From Lysobacterales bacterium (lineage in GTDB: Bacteria; Pseudomonadota; Gammaproteobacteria; Xanthomonadales; Ahniellaceae), in the NCBI GenBank assembly GCA_043738015.1, contig JAYSZM010000001.1, positions 17,809-81,808 on the forward strand: a DNA stretch of 64,000 nucleotides. Reading direction: 5' to 3'. Of the stretch, positions 17,517 through 27,016 are shown piece after piece; the stretch's first letter is position 1; each line of letters begins with the position of its first letter. Both the position numbers and the translations under genes were made by a program. The notes under the pieces are model-generated. The model was not told the origin of the DNA, did no database searches, and saw nothing but the letters and a program-made list of their open reading frames with translations.

Positions 17517-19862
17517 ATGAAGCGAACGCTGCTGTCGATCAGTCTGTCCCGCGCCCTCGTCGGTGGCCTCGCGCTCTGTGCCGGAATCGGTGCCCATGCC
17601 CAGTCTGCCGAGATCGCCGATGGTGGGGATGCTGATCAGCGCAAGTCACTCGAGGCGATCGTCGTGCAGGGCGAGATTGTTTACCGCGACCGCACACCGG
17701 ATATCGCGCCGACACTGTCCTACGACCTCGAATATTTCCAGCGCTTCGAGCCGTTGACCGTGGGTGACATGCTCAAACGGGTGCCCAGCGTGGCCTTCGT
17801 GTCGGACGTCCTGGAATACGACGGTGCCCGGCTGCGCGGCCTGGACCCGGGCTATACCCAGATCCTCATCAATGGAAAAAAGGTGCCTGGCGCCGGCACT
17901 GACCGCTCGTTCTTTGTTGATCGGATCCCCGCCGAACTGGTTGAACGCATTGAAATCGTGCGCAGTCCGAGTGCCAACCGCTCTGGTGATGCCATGGCCG
18001 GCGCACTCAACATCGTATTGCGCGATGCCTATGCGTTTGACGGCAAGTATCTGCGCGCCGGCGCCCTGCATTTTGACGATGGCAAGACCAAGGGCAGCTA
18101 TGGTGGCGTGGCCAGTGGCGACATCGGCGGCGGACGCGTGCTCGCAGGATTCAACGTGCAGGGCCGGCACAATCCCAAAATCAAGCGCAGTGACAGGTTC
18201 GAGGAACCCGGCGGCGATTTCGTCGATGCCGAAAACCAGACCGATACGCGCGACGGAACGGACTATTCTCTCAACCTCTCATACCGCAACGAGATCGGGC
18301 CGGGTGAACTCTCGCTCAGCGGCCTGTATGTGCGGACCGATCGCAGCGAGACCGAGCGCTCGCTCGAATATAACGACCCAGTCGACACCGGTCGCGATCA
18401 TCTGCTGTCAATCAATGATCAACTGGTCGAGATCGATCAGGACAATTACAGCCTCGGCGCGGAATACCAGTTCGAGATGCTCGGAGGAACAACGGAGCTC
18501 GATCTCGGCTTCGCCCGCTTCGACGATGTGCGATTCGACACCGAGGAAGAAGCCGGCTTCGACGATGACGACACGCCGCCCTCGTTCGATGAGCGCGAAG
18601 GTGCGCGCGAACTGACCGATCAGGATGATCGGGAGACGAGTGCCAAGCTCGCCCACAAGCAACCATTTGACGCCGGCGGCGAACTCGAATTTGGAATCGA
18701 CGGTACGCGCAAGGACCGCGACACACTGCTGCGGATCAGTGAGGTCGACAGCGATGAAGAGGGTGCGCCGCTGCCACCGTACGCGGACTTCGAGCGAGCC
18801 AGCAGTCGCATCGAGGAGCGCCGGCTTGACCCCTACCTGATGTATTCGGCGCGCGGTGAGGCGTTGTCCTGGGAGCTTGGTCTGCGCTACGAGCGCACCG
18901 ACGTGGATGTCGGTGCCGATAGCGAGTCCGGCACCAATGAATACGATGCGCTGCTTCCCTCGGCCCATTTGAAATGGAATCTCAGTGACGTCGATCGCCT
19001 GCACCTGTCGCTTGGCCGCACGGTACGCCGGCCGAACTTCGACCAGCTGCTTCCCCTGCTTCTGGAAGGCGAGTTTGGCGACAACGATTTCATCGGCAAT
19101 CCCCAGCTCGATCCCGAACTGGCCTGGGGCATCGACCTCGGCTTTGAGCGTCGCCTGGGTCGCCAGGGCATCGTCGGCTTCAATGTGTTCTATCGCGATG
19201 TCAGCGATCTGATTGAAGTCGTCAATAGCGGTATGCCCAGTGCCGAGGCAGTCGAGGATTACGAGGACGATGTCGACGATTTCATTGACGACAATCCGGG
19301 CGCCACTCCGTCCACTCCCGGCTACCCGCAGTTTGATCCGGACAGCTTCGTCTATACGGCGGCCAATGTCGGCGATGGCCATGTCTATGGATTCGAGTTC
19401 GACGCTTCGACGCCACTCAGCGCGATCGGTCTGCCGGACACCGGCATCTTCGTGAACTATTCGTGGCTGGACAGTGAGGTGGACGATGCGATCGGCGTGC
19501 GCCGCTTCAACGACCAGGCACGCTATGTCGCCAACATCGGCTTCATCCACGACTTCAAGGAGGCCGAGGCTGCATTTGGCATCAGCTATCGTCGCCAGGG
19601 GGATGCCTTTGCCCGTCTGTTGGCAGAGGAGGTAGGCACCCACTACGGGGCTGATCTGGAGGTGTTCGTCGAGAAGCGCTTCGGCGATCGGATGGCGCTG
19701 CGGCTGACCGGTTCCAATCTGCTGAACGCATCCAAGGACGAGTACTTCAACAAGTTCGATACCTTCAGCGATCAAGTCGGGCGCGACTTCGACGAGTACG
19801 AACTGGAATCCGAGAAGGCCGGCCCGGTGTTTCAATTGATCGCACGCTACGCGTTCGATTGA
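17517..19862 (+). CDS. TonB-dependent outer membrane receptor
   Basis: Signal peptide, plug (EAIVVQGEIVYRDR...), and a terminal beta-strand ending ARYAFD. 781 aa. Confidence 0.9.
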   Translation: MKRTLLSISLSRALVGGLALCAGIGAHAQSAEIADGGDADQRKSLEAIVVQGEIVYRDRTPDIAPTLSYDLEYFQRFEPLTVGDMLKRVPSVAFVSDVLEYDGARLRGLDPGYTQILINGKKVPGAGTDRSFFVDRIPAELVERIEIVRSPSANRSGDAMAGALNIVLRDAYAFDGKYLRAGALHFDDGKTKGSYGGVASGDIGGGRVLAGFNVQGRHNPKIKRSDRFEEPGGDFVDAENQTDTRDGTDYSLNLSYRNEIGPGELSLSGLYVRTDRSETERSLEYNDPVDTGRDHLLSINDQLVEIDQDNYSLGAEYQFEMLGGTTELDLGFARFDDVRFDTEEEAGFDDDDTPPSFDEREGARELTDQDDRETSAKLAHKQPFDAGGELEFGIDGTRKDRDTLLRISEVDSDEEGAPLPPYADFERASSRIEERRLDPYLMYSARGEALSWELGLRYERTDVDVGADSESGTNEYDALLPSAHLKWNLSDVDRLHLSLGRTVRRPNFDQLLPLLLEGEFGDNDFIGNPQLDPELAWGIDLGFERRLGRQGIVGFNVFYRDVSDLIEVVNSGMPSAEAVEDYEDDVDDFIDDNPGATPSTPGYPQFDPDSFVYTAANVGDGHVYGFEFDASTPLSAIGLPDTGIFVNYSWLDSEVDDAIGVRRFNDQARYVANIGFIHDFKEAEAAFGISYRRQGDAFARLLAEEVGTHYGADLEVFVEKRFGDRMALRLTGSNLLNASKDEYFNKFDTFSDQVGRDFDEYELESEKAGPVFQLIARYAFD

Positions 19863-20004
19863 GTCCGATCCCGGGGCCGTCCAGCGGGGCAGCGGCGAGT
19901 GCGCCGCCCTGACCTGCTGGCGGGCAGCGAGGTGATGACTGTCATGGGACCGACGCCTGCACCGATGCTAATCTGGCTTCGATCAAGACGGGAAGGGTCG
20001 GCAG

Positions 20005-20484
20005 ATGTATTCCGTACCAGTGAAATGCGAAACCCATGGTGGCTTCGGCGAACTGCAGGGCATGCTGCTGTTCGACGGGCGTAGACTGCTGTTTCAATAT
20101 CAGACTGCGGACAGCATGTTCGGCGTGCTGCGCTCGGATCCCAAGCAGATCGAAATCGCGCTCGAGACCATGGTCGACGCGCGCTACTCGGGCGGATTCT
20201 GCTGGCTGGCGCCCAATGTCCAGCTGCGCCTTTCCGATTTCACCTCGATGGCCCAGGTGCCAGCCATGGACGGTGGCAGGCTGAAGCTCCGCGTGCGCTG
20301 GTCGGATCGTCGTGATGCGCGTCGTCTGGTCGAGAGTCTGGCCGCAGTCTGCACCGAGCGCCGGTTCGCCAGTCTCAATGCCGAACTCGATCGTATGACT
20401 TCGAGTCACCCACTCGGCGAGGCCAGGGTCAGCGGGCGGATCAAGGTGCCACCGCCACCTCCCGGCGTCGAACGCGAATCCTGA
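20005..20484 (+). CDS. hypothetical protein
   Basis: 159-aa ORF of ordinary protein-like composition with a GGGAAGGG upstream of the ATG. The competing 494-aa antisense ORF is Arg/Ala-rich and was rejected. Confidence 0.5.
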   Translation: MYSVPVKCETHGGFGELQGMLLFDGRRLLFQYQTADSMFGVLRSDPKQIEIALETMVDARYSGGFCWLAPNVQLRLSDFTSMAQVPAMDGGRLKLRVRWSDRRDARRLVESLAAVCTERRFASLNAELDRMTSSHPLGEARVSGRIKVPPPPPGVERES

Positions 20485-20517
20485 TCGGATCGCAGCATCG
20501 TAGGGGTTGCCATCCGC

Positions 20518-21390
20518 ATGAAGCCCGCCCTGTCTCCCCGCGTCCTCAGCAGCATCGACCACGACGATGGCGTCAATGCCTGGTCGATGACGCGGTTGCG
20601 GCCGCCGCTCGAACTGGCTGATCTGGTCGGCGGCTATTGCGACTACGGCGAGCGCACCGGCGGATTCAGCACACGCAGGGAGTTGCCCCATGCACAGGGC
20701 GTGCTGATCGTGAATCTGGGCGAGCCGGTGTTCATCACCGGCGGCGATGGCCATGAGATCCAACTGGCTGGCGGCGAGGCGTTCGTCGCTGGCGTGCATC
20801 TGCGGCCAGCGCTGTCGCGCTCGTCCGGTGCGCAGCGCGGCGTGCAGATCGAACTGCCGCTGAGCAGTCTGCGCCGTCTGCTCGGTGTGCCGATGCGTGA
20901 GCTGCTCGATCAGGTCGTGCCGTTGACGGCGCTGCTTGGGCGGCGCGCTGCGGCTATTTCGCAGAAGCTGACAAATGCGGACACGATGGTCGAGCGCATC
21001 GCGCTGCTTGACGCTGGTCTGATCCAGCGATTTTCCGAGACAGCGGCGCTCGACGCGCGCCAGATGCGGGCGCTGCAATTGCTGCGCCAGCGAAGCGATC
21101 TGGATATCAGCGGCATAGCAGCGGAACTTGGGTGCAGCCGCAAGCATCTGGCCGATCTCGTCCATGATGCGGTTGGCGTCGGGCCACGCAGCTATCGGCG
21201 ACTGTTGCGATTCGAGAATCTGCTTGGCCGCCTGGCCAAGGCGCCGAAGCCCGACTGGGTGCATTTGGCACTGGCAGTTGGCTATTGCGATCAATCGCAT
21301 CTGATCCGCGAGTTCTCCGAGTTTGCCGGTATGTCGCCGCGCCAATTCCTCGCTCGTTCGCTGGGTACCGGCGGAGTGGTCGAAGCCTGA
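20518..21390 (+). CDS. AraC family transcriptional regulator
   Basis: C-terminal double HTH (ISGIAAELGCSRKHLADLV ... LALAVGYCDQSHLIREFSEFAGMSPRQFL). Confidence 0.8.
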   Translation: MKPALSPRVLSSIDHDDGVNAWSMTRLRPPLELADLVGGYCDYGERTGGFSTRRELPHAQGVLIVNLGEPVFITGGDGHEIQLAGGEAFVAGVHLRPALSRSSGAQRGVQIELPLSSLRRLLGVPMRELLDQVVPLTALLGRRAAAISQKLTNADTMVERIALLDAGLIQRFSETAALDARQMRALQLLRQRSDLDISGIAAELGCSRKHLADLVHDAVGVGPRSYRRLLRFENLLGRLAKAPKPDWVHLALAVGYCDQSHLIREFSEFAGMSPRQFLARSLGTGGVVEA

Positions 21391-21482
21391 GCGTCGGTCC
21401 AGCCAGGTTCGTTTGATCCAATACACGCACGGTGCCCTGGCCTAGGCTATGTCTTGTGACCACGTACCCAAGGGAGCACCTG

Positions 21483-21923
21483 ATGCCGCGACGACCCGTT
21501 TTGATTCCCTGCCTGCGCTACGAGAATGCACCTGCCGCAATCGAATTTCTGTGTCGCGCCTTTGGTTTTGAGCGCCATGCCGTGTACGCCAATGAGCACG
21601 ATCCCCGGATCATTGACCACGCGCAACTGCTGCTCGGCGACAGTATGGTGATGCTGGGCTCGGCGGTCGCCGGCGAAGCGCAGCAGCGCTATCGCTGGAA
21701 GACACCGACCGAGGCCGGCGGCATCACCATGTGCGTGTGTGCCGTGATCGATGATGTCGAGGCCCACTACGTGCGCGCCAAGGCGGCCGGCGCCGAAATC
21801 GTCAGCGCGCCGCACGACAACATCGGGTACCCGGGGCGCTCCTACAATTGCCGCGATCCCGAGGGCAATGACTGGGACTTCGGCAATTACGATCCCTGGG
21901 CCAGCAGCGAGTCGACGAAGTAG
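21483..21923 (+). CDS. VOC/glyoxalase family protein
   Basis: The ATG at 21483 is preceded by AAGGGAG. IPCLRYENAPAAIEFLCRAFGFE... and ...GYPGRSYNCRDPEGNDWDFG are typical of glyoxalase/bleomycin-resistance fold proteins. Confidence 0.75.
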   Translation: MPRRPVLIPCLRYENAPAAIEFLCRAFGFERHAVYANEHDPRIIDHAQLLLGDSMVMLGSAVAGEAQQRYRWKTPTEAGGITMCVCAVIDDVEAHYVRAKAAGAEIVSAPHDNIGYPGRSYNCRDPEGNDWDFGNYDPWASSESTK

Positions 21924-22097
21924 GGTCGCCGGCGAGCGTTCGCACCGACGCCCGGGTTTCAAGACGGCCAGCCGCTCAGCAATCTAGCCGAAGGTCTGAC
22001 TTTTCGGCGAGAGATGAGTGCGCTAGTCTTCGGGCCCTGATCGTCTCCGCTGCATCGTGCGCGGACCCTTGAAGGACTGCCGACGGAGTCTGTAGCC

Positions 22098-23126
22098 TTG
22101 AGCAAGATGGCGAATTGGATGTTGGCGGCTCTATGCGTCACCGCGCCCGCGATTTACGCGGAAGCCAACGCCGGGCTGGATCTGCCCCCGGAAGGCTCGG
22201 TCAATGCCGAGCCCGGTGCAAGCGACGCGCGCACCGGCGCTCTGGCGCAGTCCTTGGATTTCGATTCCGCCGCGGCACTCAGAGAAGCGGCCCGACTCAA
22301 CGAATTTGCCGCTGCCAAGCTGGCGCAGGGACGATTGATTGAGGCGGAAGCGGATTTTCGAAAACTGGTCGCACTCGAGGCCCAGATCTGGGGCCCCGAG
22401 GCCGCGATCCGAATACCCAACCTTGAACTGCTGGCCGGACTGCAGCTCGATCTGCGTCGGTTCGACAACAGCACCGCAACCTATCAGGAGACCTTGCGGG
22501 TCTGTGATGCCAGCAACGAGGGCGATTTCCGCGCGCTCGAGCCGCTGCGCTGGCTCGCGGCGCTCAGTCTGTCGCGGCGCGATCTGGTGACGGCCGAGCA
22601 CTATTGGGGTCGTGCTGTCGACCTGCGCGTTCAAGCCCTGGGTGCCGGCCATCCGCTCACGATCGAAGCGCAAACGGAGTTGCGCGCAATGCGGACGCGA
22701 CGGGCGGGCAACGTGGCGGACGCATTGGCAGCCAGCTCGTCCTCGTTCAGTGAAATCCAATCCCAGCGCGCGCTCGATCGCCTCAGCGGTCCAGCAAGGC
22801 GGGCCGCGCGCAGCAGCCTGGTCGATACCGTCGGCGAGGTGTTGAGACGGCGGCTCGCCGGGTTCGAGCACCTCAGCAAGAACATCACCGCCGAACACCA
22901 GGCGGTCTGGGAAGACCAGGGATTTGCCCAGCTTGCACTTGGCCGTCCCGCACGTGCGCTCGGCAGCTACCAATCAGCGCTGCGCATCGCGACCGCGCGC
23001 GTAGGCCTGCGCGACCCCGGCCTGCGCCCCCTGCTCGAACTGAACGCGCTGAGTGCTCGGCACGCCGGATCGGAGAGCGTGGCGCGCGCAATGCAGCAAC
23101 ACATTGACCAGCTCGATTCGCGATGA
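22098..23126 (+). CDS. TPR-like repeat protein with signal peptide
   Basis: Helical-repeat composition. N-terminal MANWMLAALCVTAPAIYA. The start is uncertain (TTG 22098 or ATG 22107). Confidence 0.55.
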   Translation: MSKMANWMLAALCVTAPAIYAEANAGLDLPPEGSVNAEPGASDARTGALAQSLDFDSAAALREAARLNEFAAAKLAQGRLIEAEADFRKLVALEAQIWGPEAAIRIPNLELLAGLQLDLRRFDNSTATYQETLRVCDASNEGDFRALEPLRWLAALSLSRRDLVTAEHYWGRAVDLRVQALGAGHPLTIEAQTELRAMRTRRAGNVADALAASSSSFSEIQSQRALDRLSGPARRAARSSLVDTVGEVLRRRLAGFEHLSKNITAEHQAVWEDQGFAQLALGRPARALGSYQSALRIATARVGLRDPGLRPLLELNALSARHAGSESVARAMQQHIDQLDSR

Positions 23127-23174
23127 AGCCTTGCCGGTCAAGGTTTGTCGGATGACAGTAGGCGCGTGCGTCGC

Positions 23175-23807
23175 TCAACCGCCACTGACTGACTGCCACG
23201 CCACAACGCAGGTGTAGAGCGCCATTGCCAGCAAGAGCAATCCCACGCCGCGCGCGAGCAGCGCTTCCGCTGCCGGCCGCGCCGACAGCCACTGGCGCGC
23301 GCGATCACCGGCCAGCGCCACGCCGCCGTAGATCAGTAGTTGCGTCGACGCGATGATCAGCCAGAGTGTGCTGGCTTGCGACCAGACCTGTCCCTGCTCG
23401 GGCCGGATGAATTGCGGAAAGATCGCCAGCATGAACAGATAGGCTTTGGGGTTGAGCAGGCTGGTCAGCATGCCCTGACCGAAGCGCGCGCCCAGTGTGC
23501 GCGGCGATCCGGCGGAGCCGCCGCTCAGCATCGCGCGGCTGCGCAGCAGACCCAGGCCGATCCAGGCGATGTAGCCCGCGCCAGCGAGCAGCATCAGATT
23601 GAACAGGGCCGGCCACAGCTGCAGCACCGCCATGATGCCGAGCGCACCCATCAACACGTGGCAGACACCCCCGGCGATGATGCCGAAGGTCGCCGCGAAA
23701 CCTGATCGGCGACCACCGACCAGGGAGCTCGCCAGCACCAAGGCCATGTCGAGTCCCGGTAGTAGTACAACGCCAAACACCATGATGAAGAACAGCCAGA
23801 GTTGCAT
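23175..23807 (-). CDS. LysE family amino-acid exporter
   Basis: The start was moved to the ATG at 23807 (MQLWLFFIMVFGVVLLPGLDMALV...). About 6 TM segments. LNPKAYLFMLAIFPQF is the LysE/RhtB signature. Confidence 0.85.
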   Translation of the reverse strand: MQLWLFFIMVFGVVLLPGLDMALVLASSLVGGRRSGFAATFGIIAGGVCHVLMGALGIMAVLQLWPALFNLMLLAGAGYIAWIGLGLLRSRAMLSGGSAGSPRTLGARFGQGMLTSLLNPKAYLFMLAIFPQFIRPEQGQVWSQASTLWLIIASTQLLIYGGVALAGDRARQWLSARPAAEALLARGVGLLLLAMALYTCVVAWQSVSGG

Positions 23808-23929
23808 GCTGGGCTCCATCTCATTGCACCTCGGGGCGGGCTGAGCGCATCGGCTGCGCGGAATCCAGTGTTGCGTGCATCGTCGACTCCAGTTTAGAGG
23901 GCGGTTGCTGAGTCGGATCAGGATAAGAT

Positions 23930-23958
23930 TCAATCAGGGCAATACCCGCCCTGATTGA
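23930..23958. promoter_or_regulatory. candidate operator: 11-bp perfect inverted repeat
   Basis: TCAATCAGGGC-N7-GCCCTGATTGA in the divergent LysE / WYL-regulator intergenic region. It ends 15 nt before the regulator ATG. Confidence 0.35.
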
Positions 23959-23972
23959 TAGCGGGTTCAGCG

Positions 23973-24923
23973 ATGTCGCGACCAACCACCCGGGTACTGG
24001 CGGTACTGGAACTGCTGCAGGCGCGCGGTCGTCTCAGTGGCCGCGCACTTGCCGAACAGATCGGTGTCGATGGTCGAACGCTGCGGCGCTATATCGTCGT
24101 GCTCGAAGAACTTGGAATTCCGATCACCAGCGAACGCGGTCGCCACGGCGGTTATGGCCTGGTCGCCGGCTACAAGTTGCCCCCGATGATGTTCAACGAT
24201 GAGGAGGCTATGGCCTTGGCGCTCGGCCTGGTTGCCGCCGCTGGGCTTGGTCTGAGTGAAACGGTGCCGGCCGCCGCCAGCGCGCGCGCCAAGCTGGAGC
24301 GGGTGATGCCGCTGGCGCTGCAGCGCAGGCTGCGCGCGACCAGCGAGGCAATCGCGCTGGAACTGCCACGTACTGAATCCACCGGCGATACGACGGCGCT
24401 GGCGGTGCTGAGCAGTGCCGCAGAATCCCGACAGAGGGTGCAGCTTCACTACGCCACGGCCGGCGGCGAGGTCAGCGCGCGCAGCTTCGATCCCTACGGT
24501 TTGGCCTGGCGCAGTGGCCGCTGGTACGTCGTCGGTCACTGCCATCTACGCAAGGGTCTGCGCTCGTTCCGGCTCGATCGCATTCGTTCGTTGCGTCCGT
24601 TGCCGGAAAGCTTCGCGCGTCCGGATAAATTCGACGCGCTCGCCCATCTCGCCCGCGCCGTCGCCACCCTGCCGCGCGCGCATGCGATCACGGTCCGGCT
24701 CGACTGCGTTCTGACCGAGGCGCGGCGCGAATTGCATCCCGGACTGGGGCTGCTCGAAGCGGCGGAAAACGGCACTTTTCTACACGCCCAGGCCGACGAT
24801 CTTGATTGGTTCGCACGCGAATTGGCGCGCCTGCCGTTCGCGTTTTCCGTGCTACGGCCGCCTGAATTGCGCGTTGCACTCCGCGCCTGTGCCGCGCGCC
24901 TGCTGAGTCGCGCCGACGGCTGA
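23973..24923 (+). CDS. YafY-type transcriptional regulator (HTH + WYL domain)
   Basis: N-terminal RVLAVLELLQARGRLSGRALAEQIGVDGRTLRRYI. WYL-domain core FDPYGLAWRSGRWYVVGHC. Confidence 0.85.
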   Translation: MSRPTTRVLAVLELLQARGRLSGRALAEQIGVDGRTLRRYIVVLEELGIPITSERGRHGGYGLVAGYKLPPMMFNDEEAMALALGLVAAAGLGLSETVPAAASARAKLERVMPLALQRRLRATSEAIALELPRTESTGDTTALAVLSSAAESRQRVQLHYATAGGEVSARSFDPYGLAWRSGRWYVVGHCHLRKGLRSFRLDRIRSLRPLPESFARPDKFDALAHLARAVATLPRAHAITVRLDCVLTEARRELHPGLGLLEAAENGTFLHAQADDLDWFARELARLPFAFSVLRPPELRVALRACAARLLSRADG

Positions 24924-24934
24924 TCCACGTGGCG

Positions 24935-25819
24935 TCACGGACTCCGGTTACCGTCTTGAATCCAATGCGTGCGCGGATCCGCATGACCACGCACAAAAGC
25001 TGCTGCCATACGCAGTGTCAGCTCGCCGTCGCGCTCGGCGCGCAAGGCCTGGCGCAGCTTCGCTGGCGTCAGCCCGACGATGCGGCGCAGCTCGCGCGTG
25101 GCGTGTGCCTGGTCGGAAAAGCCCTTGCCCTGGGCGACTTCCGAAATCGCGTCGTTGCCCGAGTCGAGTTGCCGCACCGTCGCGTTCAAGCGGCGAACGC
25201 GGGCGTATTCCTTGGGCGTGATGCCAACATCGCGTAGAAAGCGCGCCTGCAAGCTGCGCACGCTCATGTGCAGGCGGCGCGCCAGGGCGTCGATGGTGAG
25301 TCCACCGTCGCTGGCATCGAGTTCGGCACAGGCGGACTGCACGCCCGCATCCAGCGCTGTTGTGCTCAACAGGGAATGCAGCATGTGCCACAGCGCGCCA
25401 GGGTCATTGCTGCGGACGAACTGATGCGCCGCGCTGCGCATCTGCACGGCGAGGTCAGCGTTTAGTCCTTCGAGTGCCACGACATTGTCAGCCAGATCGG
25501 CGAGCTGCCTTCCGCCGACCAGATGGCCCGCCGCCGGCTGCAGCCGCAGACCGAGGCAATCGACCGGTCCGGCCGCGGCCAGTCGGATCGCACTACGAAG
25601 TTGTCCGGCGAACAGACAGTCGCCCTGTGTTTGCCAGCCATCCGCCAACGAGTAGCGCCGCATAGGCGTGGCGACGTGGACGATCAACTCGCAGCGTCCA
25701 TCCGGATAGACCGTCTGGGCAGTCTCGTCGGGGTCGGCATCGCGCAGTCGCCAGGCGCATTGCAGGTAGGGCTGCAAGGATGAGGGCACGGCAAACTCGA
25801 TGTACTCCATCCGGATCAT
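24935..25819 (-). CDS. AraC family transcriptional regulator
   Basis: C-terminal HTH pair (IDALARRLHMSVRSLQARF...VAQGKGFSDQAHATRELRRIVGLTPAKL). Confidence 0.8.
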   Translation of the reverse strand: MIRMEYIEFAVPSSLQPYLQCAWRLRDADPDETAQTVYPDGRCELIVHVATPMRRYSLADGWQTQGDCLFAGQLRSAIRLAAAGPVDCLGLRLQPAAGHLVGGRQLADLADNVVALEGLNADLAVQMRSAAHQFVRSNDPGALWHMLHSLLSTTALDAGVQSACAELDASDGGLTIDALARRLHMSVRSLQARFLRDVGITPKEYARVRRLNATVRQLDSGNDAISEVAQGKGFSDQAHATRELRRIVGLTPAKLRQALRAERDGELTLRMAAAFVRGHADPRTHWIQDGNRSP

Positions 25820-25899
25820 CCTTGCGCATTTGTTCTATCCGAGCGGTCTTGACCAGGGCAGACTCGATTGCACCCGCCCAGCCCGCACCGGAGTCTCGC

Positions 25900-26361
25900 A
25901 TGCGCACCATCCGCACACGATCACTGTTCAGTTGGTTCATCCTCGCCGCCGCCGCTCAGCCGATCGCCGCTGCCGAGCTTCCGGACTGGATGGCCGGACA
26001 CTGGTGCGGCACCGGTCAATCGGCCGCCGAGGAGCATTGGTTGCCCGCCGCCGGCGGTTTGATGCTGGGTATGAGTCGAACCGTGCGTGATGCGCGCAGC
26101 GCGGAGTTCGAGTTTCTGCGCATCGAATTGATCGACGAGGTACCGACCTATATCGCCATGCCGCAGGGCAAGGGCGGTACGGCGTTCGCCCGAACCGCGG
26201 GCGGCCCTACCTGGATCCGCTTCGAGAATTCCGCGCACGATTTTCCGCAGCGCATCGAGTATCGGCGCACTGGCAAGCGCATGCATGCCGAGATTGCCGG
26301 ACCAGGCGAGGGCGGCAAGGAGTTGCGCATCGCGTTCCAGTTCAGCCGTTGTCCCGGCTGA
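25900..26361 (+). CDS. secreted hypothetical protein (DUF6265-like)
   Basis: The ATG at 25900 gives the signal peptide MRTIRTRSLFSWFILAAAAQPIAA. The AHDFPQRIEYRR string is recalled from DUF6265. Confidence 0.55.
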   Translation: MRTIRTRSLFSWFILAAAAQPIAAAELPDWMAGHWCGTGQSAAEEHWLPAAGGLMLGMSRTVRDARSAEFEFLRIELIDEVPTYIAMPQGKGGTAFARTAGGPTWIRFENSAHDFPQRIEYRRTGKRMHAEIAGPGEGGKELRIAFQFSRCPG

Positions 26362-26455
26362 GCCGACGGTCACGCCCGACCCTGGTCGCGGGTGTATAAG
26401 TAATCGCTGGCTCCACAGTGCGTGGTGCCCATCCCGCGCTCGAGGGCGCCAGGCG

Positions 26456-27016
26456 ATGTTCGAGAATCCGTTTTCGGCGGCGCAGATCGCAGGCTACTTT
26501 GCCTTCGTGCTCGGCGTTGTCTGCTTTCTGCAAAGTGATGATCGTCGCTTCAAGCAGACCATGCTGGCGCAGGCGCTTTCCTACGCAATCCACTTCGCCA
26601 TGCTGGGTGCGATCACCTCGATGGCGAGTGCGTTGATCGCACTGGTGCGTACCGGCTTGTCGATGTACTACAACTCGCTGCGCCTGGCTCTGGTCATCGT
26701 CGCGATCAATCTCGCCCTCGGCCCCTGGCTGGTCCAGGTCTGGACCGATTGGCTGCCGCTGATCGCCACCTGTATCGGCACACTGGCGCTGTTCCTGTTT
26801 CAGGGTATCGCGATGCGAGTAGTCCTGCTCTTGGCCGCCACGCTCTGGCTGATCAATACCATTCTGATCGGCTCGATCGGCGGCACGGCTTTGGAAATAC
26901 TCATCATCAGCGCCAACCTGACCACGATCTGGCGACTGTGGCGTGCGCGCAAATCCGCCGCGGCAGCGGAACCGCCCGTTGCCGTTGCGGCCGCGGGCAA
27001 CGCGAGCGGAGACTGA
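26456..27016 (+). CDS. YgjV family inner membrane protein
   Basis: The ATG at 26456 (MFENPFSAAQIAGYFAFVLG...) starts a protein of about 5 TM helices with a YgjV-like pattern. Confidence 0.65.
   Translation: MFENPFSAAQIAGYFAFVLGVVCFLQSDDRRFKQTMLAQALSYAIHFAMLGAITSMASALIALVRTGLSMYYNSLRLALVIVAINLALGPWLVQVWTDWLPLIATCIGTLALFLFQGIAMRVVLLLAATLWLINTILIGSIGGTALEILIISANLTTIWRLWRARKSAAAAEPPVAVAAAGNASGD

Noticed and set aside
18408-19835. 475-aa minus-strand ORF inside the TonB receptor gene
   Set aside because: It is antisense to a gene with plug and barrel signatures and shows no domain features.
19942-21426. 494-aa minus-strand ORF
   Set aside because: It is antisense to an AraC regulator with a clear HTH and to the 20005-20484 ORF. 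It has no motifs and is rich in Arg, Ala and Gln.
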